Assembly: GCA_009914755.4 (NCBI GenBank)
Contig: CP068257.2
Coordinates: 13,664,001 to 13,728,000 of the forward strand
Direction of reading: 5' to 3'
Length of the DNA: 64,000 bases
Source of the DNA: the human T2T-CHM13v2.0 reference genome, Homo sapiens
The position numbers were made by a program, and so were the translations under genes. Positions within the stretch are counted from its first letter, which is position 1; each line of letters starts with the position of its first letter. Below, piece after piece: positions 63,441 through 64,000 of this stretch. The notes beneath the pieces were generated by a model. The model had not been told where the DNA came from. It made no database searches and saw only the letters and a program-made list of their open reading frames with translations.

Positions 63441-64000
63441 TCCCTCTATACATAATTAAACAGGATCTCTGGGGATGAGACTGCTATCTATCAGAAGTTC
63501 CTGTAAAATTATCCTACACAGTCAGGGTTGAGAGCCAATACGTTTGCTGAAGTTATTTGAATGGACTAAATGATCTCTCCAGATCTGTTCTCTTGATGCA
63601 GTTCTTTAAATTTTGTTCCCACTTAGCACATTTTTCAGTTTAGTTCATTTTTTCCTCTGACTTTGTGGCATTTTAATTTCCCATTGTGGTGAATTAACTA
63701 AATGTGAGCTTGTTTTTAACAAAAGAGGAGTCCATGCATGGACCACCATGGATAAAAGGAAAAGATTAGGGTCAGACATGCACAGGTGGTGAAAGCCAAC
63801 CACATGAGGAGTTTTCAGGTTATATGATAATTGATATAATGGAACAAGCCCTTTCTTGAAACAGAAGCCATCTCCACATTTAGAGCAGAGTAAGAACTTG
63901 TCCAGGTTGCCTTCGGAGTCTCTAGCTCCATCACGCAAAAGTGAGTAAACAAATAAAATACAAGATATCCACATCTTTCCATTTTGAGCCCATAGGTCTA

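Overview
The window reads as human (or very close catarrhine primate) nuclear DNA, not a prokaryotic locus. It is AT-rich and gene-poor, and dominated by interspersed repeats. I see no RBS/operon structure, no CRISPR array and no tRNA/rRNA gene.

By eye I can place the following, all with start/end/strand in the feature list:
- 12 full-length or near full-length Alu SINEs plus one 3' stub, typically 280-300 bp with an A-tail.
- At least 9 L1 LINE segments, including a roughly 4.6 kb 5'-truncated L1 carrying three Alu insertions, and an antisense L1 with a tandemly repeated 5'UTR.
- Three same-strand THE1/MST-type (MaLR) solo LTRs.
- One GC-rich 2.2 kb ERV1-type LTR block with U3 tandem repeats, a TATA box and an AGTAAA signal.
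- L2 and MIR relics, and several DNA-transposon MITEs of Tigger and hAT type.
- Microsatellites.

Recognisable repeats cover at least about 35% of the window; the true fraction is probably higher because ancient repeats are hard to name by eye.

I cannot support any protein-coding gene. Most, probably all, ORFs in the supplied track are spurious: they are translations of Alu, L1 or the GC-rich LTR, or short AT-rich ORFs. No stretch has the composition, length or splice context of a real exon, apart from one weak 67-nt candidate at 11328-11394.

I find no evidence for an undescribed biological system. The observations worth a second look are structural and regulatory and are listed under findings:
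- an inverted Alu pair;
- a promoter-bearing ERV LTR;
- nested retrotransposon insertions with readable target-site duplications;
- an extreme 5'-truncated Alu;
- local tandem duplications;
- CpG-retaining unique blocks that may be constrained non-coding elements;
- a possible poly(A)-terminated retrocopy on the minus strand near 62 kb.

Repeat family names are from memory of consensus sequences. They should be confirmed with RepeatMasker/Dfam.
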